NCBI GenBank assembly: GCA_965204035.1
Contig: OZ241964.1
Span: 1,167,933 to 1,231,932, forward strand
From: Thermodesulfobacteriota bacterium
Lineage (GTDB): Bacteria > Desulfobacterota_D > UBA1144 > Nemesobacterales > Nemesobacteraceae
Reading direction: 5' to 3'
Length of the DNA: 64,000 nt
In this document: positions 22,792 to 32,490 of the stretch, piece by piece
Layout: each line of letters starts with the position of its first letter
Numbering within the stretch: the first letter of the stretch is position 1
Notes under the pieces: generated by a model
What the model was told of the DNA's origin: nothing
What the model saw: only the letters and a program-made list of their open reading frames with translations
Database searches by the model: none
Made by a program: the position numbers and the translations under genes

Positions 22792-25758
22792 TTACAAGCG
22801 GCCGGTCTTTCTGGTCACCCCGTCTTTAACCCTGCAAAGATCCCTGTAATCGCAATAGGAACAGGGATGGTTCTTTGACATGTAGAGAGCATGTTCCTCC
22901 TGGTCAAGCTCCTTTTTCCCCACGTAGGGAGGGAAAAAACCATTTTTTATGCACTTTATGTAGTGGTGGCTGAGTAAAACCGCCTCGTCAAAAGAAGAGT
23001 CCTTGGGCAAAGAGCTGTTGTCAGCAGGCCTGCTGATTGAAAGATAACGGCCCCAGGAGGGGACAAAGCCCTCCTCGCACAGCGCTCTCAGGTAAAGCGG
23101 GAGTTGCAGATTTTCAAAATCAAAATATTTTCTGTCCCGCACCCTTCCGATCTTGTAGTCAATAACCGCGACGTTCCGCTTGTGAACGTCGACCCTGTCC
23201 ACTTTCCCTCTTATTACCGCGTCGGCTATGCGGAACTCCACTTCCTTTTCAAAAAACCGGGGAGCGTGCTCATCTTTTTCGATCCTTAAAACCTCGTCCA
23301 TTATAAAATTCGGCAGGATGCGCTCAAAGAATCTCTTCTTCTCAATTTCCGCAACGTTTTTTGGAAGATGGGAGAAAACGCCGGGCTTGGCTTCATGTTT
23401 CTTTTTTATGTCCTCATAAGCCTCAAGAAACCGGTCGGCCTCAACAGAACCGGAGCCCTCGGCGAAAACAGTTTCCATCAGCTCTTTCAGCATATTGTGA
23501 GCGAGCGAACCCAGGTCAAGCTGGGAAGCCCTCTGCTCATCGATATCTCCAGGCGCCTTGAGCCCGAGCACTCTCCTGGAAAAATACCTGAATGGGCACG
23601 TCCCATACTCCTCAAGCTCGGTGGGCGAGAAGGAATCCCGTTTTGGAGGGCTGCCGAGCAGAACACCTTCAAAACCCGTATAGGCCCCCGTGAGCTCCAG
23701 TCTCCGCCTCTCCGCGGAAATACCGCCGGAGAGATGAGCGACTATATCGGAACCATAGTGCCGCTTGAGGACCTCTTCAATCTTCGGGTCTCCATAACCC
23801 GCACCAGAGGGTGAGAAGCAGTGAAACAGGGCGTCTTCCCTTGAAAATGCCTCAGAGCCCGGAGTCGCAGGAGAAACCTCCATCCCCTCAAGGAAATCGG
23901 AGCGGGCTATCTCCTTTGATCTCTCGTCGTAGCGGAAGCGGGAGAGAAACACCTTCTCGGAAGCCGAAACGCCGAGAGTGAAAAAGATATGCTTTTCCTT
24001 CTCGTAATGGAGACCTTCCTCGTCAAACACCCTTTTTCCAAGCGCTCTGTTTATCTCCGCCTTCTCCCTGGGTTTCAGCACGGGGTCTGCCGGGGGAAGA
24101 GACGGGAAAGAAGCATCCGAAAGCCCCAGGAGGAAAACAAACCCGGGGTTTATGCCGCGCGCCGCGGAAAAATCAATAACGCTTACCCTTTCCGAATCGG
24201 CGTCGCAGGGAGTTTTATATGGAACTGTCCTCTCGCCCATAAACTCATCCAGGAGGAAAAGATATTCTCCGGAGTCAGAAACCCGGAAATCAAACTCGCC
24301 GTAAGAAAAGGAAAGCTCTCTCAGGAAAGAGAAAAACTCATCGAAACACTCCCTGGTAGTTTTATTCTCCTCTATAAGCACCGCGGAACTCTCGGAAACC
24401 CTGAGTTCCGAGAAGATCTTTCTGAGATCAGAGGTCATCGCGGCAAAACTCCTTCTGCCGAACTTCGACGATAAAGAATCAAGCACGAAGGCTATATTGC
24501 GGGCAGCCGAGGACATCCGGCCGTCCTGCTCCACTATATGCTCCAAGATCCTCTTCCAGCCCGTAATGCCGCTTACGGTCCTGTATTTGAGGTCCGCGGA
24601 GGAGAGCCCCTTTATCATGTTAACGCAACGGTGCGAGGATTCAGACTCTCCCAGGTAGAGGGCAAAAAACGGGTTGTGAAGAAGTCCCATCAGATCGTTT
24701 CTGTGAAAATTGCCTGACTTAAGGCGCAGAATATCACCCGCAAGGCGTCCGTATGCGCTTCCCGCCAAGGTCCCGGAATTCCCGAGATCGACCGCAACCC
24801 CGTTTTTCTCGAATATACGTACTATGGATCGGCCGCGCCTCTGCGCTGACTTCACGAGAACCTTAAAATCAGAGGCCTTGTGCTCCCCATCCAATATGAG
24901 CTTCTTGATCGTCCTTGAGACATATTCAATTTCGTCGTGAGAGTCGCGAAACTCGCTGAGCTCCCTTTTTGTCTCGCCTCCTGGAATTTCCTTTGTCATC
25001 GTAAAATCTTCTTCATAGGCCAGAGAAGCTTCGCTTAGCTTGTCTAGAAAGCTGTCTTTGTATTCGTCCAGGTCGCCGAAATCGCTTAGGAAGAAGAAGG
25101 TTTCTGAAACCACCGAGGAGAGGCTCTTTATCACGTCAAGTTCGCAGAGGGTAAAATCGGAGAAACCGAAAACCACAAGTCTCTTTGCAGACGGGAAGAA
25201 CGGAGTAAGTCCTTCTCCGTCCAGTTCTTCTGAAACGACACGGACAGAATCCGCGTCGTCAAGAAAGCCTCTTTCCGCTACGAGCGCTTCGTATCTTTTG
25301 TAAACAAGCCCTATATCCGAGAGTTTTTTTCGAAGACCACGCGTTTTGATTCTCTTAGCGGAACCGGCAAGCTCCTCCACGGATACCTTGCTCTGCTTAA
25401 GTCTTGAAAGAATGGAAGCTGCGGAGTTAAGAAAGTCCCGGTTCTGGGAGAATTCCCCGAAAACCTCAAGGTCCCCCGATACCACCTCCGCCGCTTTTCT
25501 GGTTACGGATAAGACCTGGGTCCTTGATATCCTCTTCTTTTTCAGGTTCGGGGAGGCCTCGTTTACAAAATCGGAAAGTTCATAGAACGTGAGCAGGTTT
25601 TTTCCCCATACTCCTTCCCTAGAGTAATAATCCTCTATTTCCTGTACAACCGAGACGCCGGGGAGAAGGAAGAGGGTTGTCTCATCGCTCGGGTTAAGCC
25701 CGTATTCTTTGAAAAGATTTTTGAAAGTGAGTTCTTTGGGGTGATAAATGACTTTCAT
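22792..25758 (-). CDS. addB: ATP-dependent helicase/nuclease subunit B (AddB/RexB) with C-terminal Fe-S nuclease domain
   Basis: Adjacent and co-directional with addA. The C-terminal cysteine cluster (CPFRYF ... CSYCDYRDLC) and DYK motif are typical of the AddB nuclease/Fe-S domain. Confidence 0.85.
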   Translation of the reverse strand: MKVIYHPKELTFKNLFKEYGLNPSDETTLFLLPGVSVVQEIEDYYSREGVWGKNLLTFYELSDFVNEASPNLKKKRISRTQVLSVTRKAAEVVSGDLEVFGEFSQNRDFLNSAASILSRLKQSKVSVEELAGSAKRIKTRGLRKKLSDIGLVYKRYEALVAERGFLDDADSVRVVSEELDGEGLTPFFPSAKRLVVFGFSDFTLCELDVIKSLSSVVSETFFFLSDFGDLDEYKDSFLDKLSEASLAYEEDFTMTKEIPGGETKRELSEFRDSHDEIEYVSRTIKKLILDGEHKASDFKVLVKSAQRRGRSIVRIFEKNGVAVDLGNSGTLAGSAYGRLAGDILRLKSGNFHRNDLMGLLHNPFFALYLGESESSHRCVNMIKGLSSADLKYRTVSGITGWKRILEHIVEQDGRMSSAARNIAFVLDSLSSKFGRRSFAAMTSDLRKIFSELRVSESSAVLIEENKTTRECFDEFFSFLRELSFSYGEFDFRVSDSGEYLFLLDEFMGERTVPYKTPCDADSERVSVIDFSAARGINPGFVFLLGLSDASFPSLPPADPVLKPREKAEINRALGKRVFDEEGLHYEKEKHIFFTLGVSASEKVFLSRFRYDERSKEIARSDFLEGMEVSPATPGSEAFSREDALFHCFSPSGAGYGDPKIEEVLKRHYGSDIVAHLSGGISAERRRLELTGAYTGFEGVLLGSPPKRDSFSPTELEEYGTCPFRYFSRRVLGLKAPGDIDEQRASQLDLGSLAHNMLKELMETVFAEGSGSVEADRFLEAYEDIKKKHEAKPGVFSHLPKNVAEIEKKRFFERILPNFIMDEVLRIEKDEHAPRFFEKEVEFRIADAVIRGKVDRVDVHKRNVAVIDYKIGRVRDRKYFDFENLQLPLYLRALCEEGFVPSWGRYLSISRPADNSSLPKDSSFDEAVLLSHHYIKCIKNGFFPPYVGKKELDQEEHALYMSKNHPCSYCDYRDLCRVKDGVTRKTGRL

Positions 25759-25812
25759 CTAGCAGAGAAACGCTGGAATCCTAAGGAAGACCGCTTTTGC
25801 GGTTGAAAACCC

Positions 25813-26016
25813 TCAAGTAGCAGAACCTGTCGAGTAAATTATATCTGAACTGTGAGAAGATTGATTAAGTTTTAAATATTCTTTCATCAATTGAATAAAT
25901 TGGAAGGCCAGAACGCGCCTCGCCGCCCATTCGGTCGTTTCCTCGTAGATTCCTTGTTCTTTAAGGAAGTCCTCAAATAGTGTGCCGACTTTTCCCCTCT
26001 TAATATTTGCAGTCAT
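25813..26016 (-). pseudogene. Truncated XRE-family HTH antitoxin remnant (HigA/RelE-partner type)
   Basis: The N-terminus (GKVGTLFEDFLKEQGIYEETTEWAARRVLAFQFIQLM) matches the conserved N-terminal region of XRE antitoxins. The HTH region is replaced by unrelated residues and the ORF ends after 67 aa. Confidence 0.4.
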
Positions 26017-26031
26017 TGAAGCATCCTGAAT

Positions 26032-26412
26032 TCAGGAAATTTGCTGAGCCAGAATTCTAAGCCAGTCAGCAAGTTCCCTTTCCTCAATAATGCCTTGGGC
26101 GGCTTTAATCATCATGTCACCAGCTTCCACAGTGTCAAAATCCAGTTCTATACCGTTTATAGTCAAGCAGGTATCCATGGCCTTAAATGCGGTTCTCTTG
26201 TTACCGTCATTAAACGCATGACCAACTGCAATACAACAGGCGTAACAAGCGGCGAGTTCAAATACATCTTCGACCATGTCGTAGGCAACACGGTTGTCAA
26301 CACGGGCTAAAACGGACTCAATGGACTTGTTCAGGGCCATGCCTTGCAGTTCGTCAGGTCCAAGAACCTGCTCATGCATGGCAATCACCTTCTCGGGTGA
26401 TAGATATTTCAT
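26032..26412 (-). CDS. doc: Doc (death-on-curing) toxin, Fic-fold kinase family
   Basis: The Fic/Doc motif GHAFNDGNKR is present. 126 aa. Lies immediately downstream of a small acidic ORF. Confidence 0.85.
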   Translation of the reverse strand: MKYLSPEKVIAMHEQVLGPDELQGMALNKSIESVLARVDNRVAYDMVEDVFELAACYACCIAVGHAFNDGNKRTAFKAMDTCLTINGIELDFDTVEAGDMMIKAAQGIIEERELADWLRILAQQIS

Positions 26413-26414
26413 GC

Positions 26415-26663
26415 TTATTTATCTTTGAGGTAATCCAGTATCGGCTGTATCTTGTCTTTGCGTTTTGCAATAGCCGCATCAACTTCGTCGGGATCAGCAA
26501 GTTCAAAGCGGGATTCATCCACGACGGAATTGGTGGTCGAAGAGTCCCTGGGTTCATCACTGTCCAAAACAGCTAGAGATTCGTCGCCAGCTTTTTTGGC
26601 AACTTTTTCAGGATTGCCGAGATCACTCAGCAATGCGGTTTTTTCAGTCAACTTGTCTCCCAT
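26415..26663 (-). CDS. Putative antitoxin of the Doc toxin (non-canonical, acidic/disordered; not obviously Phd/YefM)
   Basis: 82-aa ORF ending 3 nt before the doc start, which is the typical antitoxin-toxin arrangement. The sequence is low-complexity and acidic. Confidence 0.5.
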   Translation of the reverse strand: MGDKLTEKTALLSDLGNPEKVAKKAGDESLAVLDSDEPRDSSTTNSVVDESRFELADPDEVDAAIAKRKDKIQPILDYLKDK

Positions 26664-26883
26664 TACAACCTCACTGTCTTGTGACTACAAATATATGGAA
26701 CTTCACCCGAAATATCAACTGAGATATCCCTAGGTATGATGATTTGATATAGAAAGTAAATTGACAAGATTTTGAATAAATACCAGAAATTTAAGAAAGG
26801 CCGTTTTTCTGAACTCTATCTTTCCGCTCCCACAGGAACCCGTAACGAGAAGATTCTTCCGACCCCGTTCTGACAGGAAGGTC

Positions 26884-27108
26884 ATGTACTCCAAGCGAAT
26901 CATGGGAATTATCCTTGAGAATGTCGCCAAAGGTTTCACGGTTTATACCCATGAGCATAAAAGCTACTCGGGCTTGGAGAAAAAGGGATATGAGCACGGA
27001 ACCGTCCATCACTCCGCCGGTGAGTATGTAAAAGGCATGGCTCATACAAACGGCATCGAGTCCTTCTGGGCGTTATTAAAGATAGGCTATTATAGCGTAG
27101 TCCGTTAA
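26884..27108 (+). mobile_element. IS1595-family (ISXO2-like DDE) transposase, C-terminal fragment only (remnant)
   Basis: FTVYTHEHKSYSGLEKKGYEHGTVHHSAGEYVKGMAHTNGIESFWALLK matches the conserved DDE_Tnp_IS1595 C-terminal block. The N-terminal approximately 250 aa are absent, and no inverted repeats were identified. Confidence 0.75.
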
Positions 27109-27233
27109 GCACCTCCAGAGATACATAGACGAATTCTGTGGCAGGTATAATGTTCGTCAGATAGACACTATGGACCAGGTAGGTTCAACTATTCACGGGC
27201 TCATGGGAGCGAAGAAGCTTACCTACAAGGAGT

Positions 27234-30200
27234 TTGTCTCTGGATAGTCTCCATCCTGTATTCCAAATGAGAACAGCAATGATAGACACTGACAATGCAC
27301 TTAAACATCTTGCGGAAGCAAGAAAATACCACGAAAAAGAAATAGAAGTTCAGACCGAGTTGAAATATATGTTCAAGTCTCTCGGCATGGGTCCGGTACT
27401 TGCGAGGTCTGTAGGGAAACGTGAGGCGGACATTCACATAACGGACTATAACTGCGTTGTTGAAACCAAGGCCACAGGCAAAGCGAACCCGGAGGCAAGA
27501 GGGTCCCGAGGGGAAACCCAGAGAGCACAGCTTTGCTCATATGTTGATGGCTTGAGAGAAAACCTGAGGGGGGAGTTTGATTTTGAAGAAATAGCGGAAA
27601 AACCTTGGGTGGGAATTCTTACCGATGGGCAATCCGGATGGGTATGGAAATGGGAAAATGAGAGTGTGAGGCACCCCAAAGAACTAGGGAATCTCAGATG
27701 GAATGAGAGCGACATAGATACAAAGGTCTTAAAAAACACCCGCATAGCTCTTGGTGACACTCCTGTGGGCAAGCAGTGGGCTGACCCTGAAGAAATATAT
27801 GAAATATTCCGTAGAGACGAGCAGGAATTTTACTCCCTCTACGACGAACTTACAAAAGACCCTGGTCAGCAAATAAGAACGAAGTTCAAACTTTGGCTTG
27901 AGAGGTTGCGAGGGTCGGGCATGGCCCCCGAACATGAACTGCACCAGCACAACTTGTTTGTGAAGCACTGTTTTCTTGTGGCTGTGGCAAAGGCGGTTAT
28001 CGCAGCTCTTACGCCCAAAACATATGATGATGACCCTGAGATTGTACTGGGGGAAGGATTTACAGCGTGGTTGGTCGAAAGCGACGAGGGGATTGAGAAG
28101 AGCAAAGCTCTTTTTGAAAAGGCTCGGAATTACAATTGGCGTTTCCGATTCGGAGACGTGCTCAGAAATCTTTATGAGCAGTGCATTGATAAGTCTGACC
28201 GTAAAATATACGGTGAATACTACACGCCGGACTGGATTGCGGAGCAGATGGCGGAAGAGATTCTCGATGATGACTGGATAGAGTCCGCGGCGACTGCGGC
28301 GCTTAAGAGTCTTAAGGGCGATGGGAAAGCTTTAAACGGTATCGGCGTGCTTGACCCCGCTTGCGGGTCCGGGACTTTTCTCTACCATGCCGCCCGACGC
28401 ATCTCAGGAGCTAATATCCTGAGGACGGTGCCGCCCGGAAAACGCGCCTTGGCCGTGGCGAGGCTTGTGCATGGGATTGACATCCATCCAGTCGCAGTTG
28501 AGATGGCAAAAGCGACCCTGCTTAGAGCTCTCCCCCCCCCCCATTTCGGCGCGGAACTTCTCTACGCTTCTTAATATAACGCAGGGAGACAGCCTGCTTG
28601 CGACTGAGATTCAGGAAGGATTGTACAAGGAAGTTGTCGAACTTGTTTCCCCCAAGGGCAAGGAATTCAGGCTTCCTCGTAGGGTAATCAGAAATCCAGA
28701 ATTCAGGAACTTTTTACCTAAACTTGTAGAAGCCGCATGTGATCATTCTCCTGTTCCCGATGAGGTGCCTGAGGAGTTAAGAACTTCCCTTCAATCATTT
28801 CTAAAATCCCTTACAAAAATTATTGACGATGAGGGAGACAGCGTCTGGACGTGGTATATCCTGAATACTCTTGGCCCTTCTTCTCTTGCTGAAAAGAAAG
28901 TGAACAGGATACTTGCCAATCCGCCGTGGGTTCGGGTGAGCAACATTCAAGTAGAAAGCAGGAAGAGAGAAGTTGAAAGTATGGCGAGGAAGCTTGAATT
29001 ATGGGTTGGAGGAAAGAATGCGACAGGATTTGATATTGCTGCATTGTTTATACATCGGTGCGGAAACCTGTATCTGGGCGAGCGAATAAGCAGAGCGGCG
29101 TGGATAACAAACAATGCTGCTATTAAAGGCGGAAACTGGGAGGGGTTTCACAAGCGACATGGAAAATTCCTTACGCAGATAATTGACTATGGTGAGTTAA
29201 AGGAACAGCCTTTTCACGGTGCGAAGTCATGTGCGTTGATAGAGGATAAGCCCCCAACGCCGAAAACAGAGTTGTCCCGATTGGTAAATGCGGAAGGAAA
29301 AATAAATCGTTACCAAAAATGGGCAGAAATCCGAGACGTTACTTATTTGGAACCGGCACCAGAACCAATTCCAAAAGGAGAATCAGAGTATTTTGGCAAG
29401 TTCAGGCAAGGTGCCACAATAGTTCCCTATTGCTTATTAGTAATTGAGGAAATGCATAAGGACAAAGGCGGACAGGTAATGATTAAGATGCAAAAATCCC
29501 GTCAGAATCCTTGGAGGAACATAAAACCTCAAAAAGGAACGGTTCCAGAAAAATGGATAACTTCATGTATTTTTCCAAACGATCTATTGCCCTTTGCACT
29601 TCGTCCTGAGACCACTCAAGCACTCATCCCTCTTGGAGAAAATGGACTCCTTGAAGAGAATCCTGATAAAGAGCCATACTGGTCTATGGCAGACAAAATA
29701 TATAAAGAAAATCGGGGAAAGGGCAAGATAACTCCTCACACTCTACTGAATCAAATTAATTTTAGTTCTAAGCTTGAGAAACAACTCCCAATTACAAGAG
29801 GGAGCCCGAGTTTATGGAGAATTGTATACAATAGTTCTGGACAGCATTTGAGAGCATCTAGGTGTGGTGGATTAAAGGCTGTAGTGCAACATGCGTTATA
29901 CTGGTGGGAGGCTGGAAGTGAAGAAGAGGCACAATACCTAGTAGGGCTTCTCAATGCACAATGCCTCCAAGACGCATACAGAGAATGTAGACAGACCGAC
30001 AGACACTTTACAACACATATATGGAACGGTGTCCCAATTCCATGCTACAACCCTGAAAACGACCACCACAGAGAACTTGCGGGTCTCTGTCTTGAGGCCG
30101 AGAATTTCGTTGGAGGGATTCTTGGGGAGTTAGATTTTAGTTGCAGGCAAGAAAAACTCTCAATGCAGATAAAAGACGCATTGAGACGGGTTGGAATCTC

Positions 30201-30252
30201 TGAACAAATTGACAAAGTTGTAAAAAAAATTCTGCCAGAACAAGCTAGGTAG
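27234..30252 (+). pseudogene. MmeI-like Type IIL/IIG restriction-modification enzyme (N-terminal PD-ExK nuclease, gamma-class N6-adenine methyltransferase, C-terminal target-recognition domain). Frameshifted at a poly-C tract into ORFs 27234..28574 and 28465..30252
   Basis: ORF1 carries a D-x9-E-x-K motif (DYNCVVETK), methyltransferase motif X (YGEYYTPDW) and motif I (LDPACGSGTFL). ORF2, in the +1 frame, carries motif IV (NPPW) and a long C-terminal region. The two frames meet at a homopolymeric C run (at least 11 C), and a 1-nt length change would fuse them into a protein of about 1,000 aa. Confidence 0.75.
28531..28542. repeat. Homopolymeric poly-C tract (at least 11 C) at the frameshift point of the RM gene: candidate slipped-strand phase-variation switch
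   Basis: Directly visible in the sequence (…gagctct CCCCCCCCCCC atttcgg…). ORF1 and ORF2 overlap exactly here. Confidence 0.9.
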
Positions 30253-30297
30253 AATAATCCTTCCACTTTCTTACCTCTGAGAACAAGGTGACCTGTA

Positions 30298-30534
30298 TTA
30301 TCCGAAAACTCGGTGGCGCTCAATGCCGGACAACAAGGCCACCAAGCAGATAATTCCCGACATGAGCGAGTATCCCAACGTTACTACCTCATGCGGAAGA
30401 AGTTTGCGGCTTGACGGATAGCATTCGATATCCGGGTCCCGAACAGCACGAACGATGGCCACACTCAGCATGGAGATTCGCCCCCTGAGCGGTTCCGATT
30501 TACGGTTCGTCTTGTCCAGACTGTTCATCGCCAC
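30298..30534 (-). CDS. Orphan small ORF (78 aa), no recognisable family; possibly non-coding
   Basis: The only ORF in a 290-nt gap between the RM gene and a secreted-protein gene. No motifs recognised. Confidence 0.2.
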   Translation of the reverse strand: MAMNSLDKTNRKSEPLRGRISMLSVAIVRAVRDPDIECYPSSRKLLPHEVVTLGYSLMSGIICLVALLSGIERHRVFG

Positions 30535-30545
30535 GCTACTTCAAA

Positions 30546-31019
30546 TTATTTAACTTCCGGAATCCTTTGAAGAATATGTATCTTCTTCGCCTTCATGATG
30601 TTCTTGCGCTTGGAAAGAAAATACCTTTTATGCTTGCTGTAGCGACCCCAGATCCTTACCCTGCTCCCGTTTTCAACGCCTTCCACGAACCCTCTTGCGT
30701 AAACGTTTATTCTTTTTTCCGGATCATTCTCAAAGAACTGAAACAGGGTGAACTTCCTTCCGTTCGCCATTCTCTTGAACCGCAGATCACCCACCTGCCC
30801 CTCGAGCGTGAATATTTTCCTATGAAACTCATCGCGGGAGGAGAGAACCTGCGAGATGGTTACGGCCGGCGGTTCAAGTTCTCCAATGTCGGTATAGGTC
30901 TTGTAGACCTCTTCTTTTCCGTAAGAAGAAACCGGAATCGCCAAAAAAAGCAGAAAAACTAAAAGAAAATTTCTCATTCTTCCAACCGCCGAAAATACCC
31001 TGTACCACCAAGCGGCCAT
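30546..31019 (-). CDS. Secreted OB-fold protein, YgiW/BOF (DUF388)-like
   Basis: Signal peptide MRNFLLVFLLFLAIPVSSYG. The body (VTISQVLSSRDEFHRKIFTLEGQVGD…RVRIWGRY) fits the BOF/YgiW periplasmic OB-fold pattern. Confidence 0.55.
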   Translation of the reverse strand: MAAWWYRVFSAVGRMRNFLLVFLLFLAIPVSSYGKEEVYKTYTDIGELEPPAVTISQVLSSRDEFHRKIFTLEGQVGDLRFKRMANGRKFTLFQFFENDPEKRINVYARGFVEGVENGSRVRIWGRYSKHKRYFLSKRKNIMKAKKIHILQRIPEVK

Positions 31020-31033
31020 CCGGGCCCATGACG

Positions 31034-32422
31034 CTATGAAACCGGCTTTGTCATCGACAGCGGGTCAAGGACCCTGTCAAGCTCCTCGTCTGAAAGCACT
31101 CCCTTTTTCCTAGCAACTTCCCTCACCGTGCTGCCCGAAGCGTAGGCTTCCTTCGCAATCGCGGCCGCGTTGTCATAACCTATGATCGGCGCGAGGCTGG
31201 TGCACATGGCGAGGCTCTGCTCGATGATCTCCCCGCAGCGCTCCTCGTCCGCCTCTATTGCGGAGATGCACTTGTCGACAAACACGGTGCAGACCCTGGA
31301 TAAAAGCCTTATCGACTGAAGGAGATTATCCGCCATCATCGGCATCATAACGTTAAGCTCGAAATTCCCCGACTGCCCTCCGATCGTTATCGCCGCGTCG
31401 TTGCCGATCACCTGGGCCGCGACCTGCGTAACCGACTCCCCGATCACGGGGTTAACCTTCCCCGGCATAATGGACGAACCCGGCTGTATCGCGGGCAGAA
31501 GGATCTCTCCGAAGCCGCAGCGCGGACCGCTTCCAAGCCAACGTATGTCGTTTGCTATCTTGATGAGGCTCACAGAGACCGTCTTGAGAGCTCCGCTTGT
31601 CTGGACGACCGCGTCCTTTGACGCCTGGGCCTCGAAGTGGTTCTTAGCCTCCCTGAACTTAACCCCGGTGGCTTCGCTTATCCTTGCCGCCACCTTCTTT
31701 CCGAAATCCTTGTGGGTGTTTATCCCCGTGCCGACAGCGGTGCCTCCTATTGCAAGCTCCGAGAGTTCGGTTCTTACCCCCTTTAATCTTGAGATTCCGT
31801 GATCGACCATACTCGCGTACCCGCTGAACTCCTGGCCGAGCCGTATCGGGGTGGCGTCCATAAGGTGGGTGCGCCCTATCTTCACTATGCGGTCAAACTC
31901 CTTTGCCTTTTTGGAGAGAGCGTCTCGAAGGTACTCAAGGGACGGTATGAGGTCTTTTTCTATCGCCTCAAGGGAAGAGACATGCATGGCCGTGGGAATC
32001 ACGTCATTGCTTGACTGGCCCATGTTCACGTGGTCGTTCGGATGCACCCGGGTCTTTCCCTTGAGCATCTCGGTCGCCCTGTTGGCTATCACTTCATTCG
32101 TGTTCATGTTGGTCGAGGTGCCGGAACCCGTCTGGAAGACATCCACCACGAAATGATCGTCGAGTTTTCCGTCGACAACTTCCCGCGCGGCCCGCGCTAT
32201 GGCCCGCGCCGCGCCTTTCTTCAGATATCCGAGTTCTAAGTTTGTATGCGCGGCGGCCAGCTTCACAAGACCCATCGCCCTTATGAATTCCCTTGGAAGA
32301 GTGCGTCCGCTCACGGGAAAATTCTCAACCGCTCTTGCCGTCTGCGCCCCGTAGTAAGCGTCCGAGGGAACTTTCATCTTTCCCATCGAGTCGGATTCCA
32401 CCCTGTATTTCGTCTTAGCCAT
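31034..32422 (-). CDS. Class II fumarate hydratase / aspartate ammonia-lyase family enzyme (AspA or FumC; not resolved)
   Basis: Signature GSSIMPGKVNP. N-terminus KYRVESDSMGKMKVPSDAYYGAQTARAVENF. 462 aa. Confidence 0.9.
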   Translation of the reverse strand: MAKTKYRVESDSMGKMKVPSDAYYGAQTARAVENFPVSGRTLPREFIRAMGLVKLAAAHTNLELGYLKKGAARAIARAAREVVDGKLDDHFVVDVFQTGSGTSTNMNTNEVIANRATEMLKGKTRVHPNDHVNMGQSSNDVIPTAMHVSSLEAIEKDLIPSLEYLRDALSKKAKEFDRIVKIGRTHLMDATPIRLGQEFSGYASMVDHGISRLKGVRTELSELAIGGTAVGTGINTHKDFGKKVAARISEATGVKFREAKNHFEAQASKDAVVQTSGALKTVSVSLIKIANDIRWLGSGPRCGFGEILLPAIQPGSSIMPGKVNPVIGESVTQVAAQVIGNDAAITIGGQSGNFELNVMMPMMADNLLQSIRLLSRVCTVFVDKCISAIEADEERCGEIIEQSLAMCTSLAPIIGYDNAAAIAKEAYASGSTVREVARKKGVLSDEELDRVLDPLSMTKPVS

Positions 32423-32490
32423 TTAAGATTCCCTCCAGATAATTGTCAATTTGAGTCAAGGAGTTTATTATGCCACAAACAAAACCGGTT

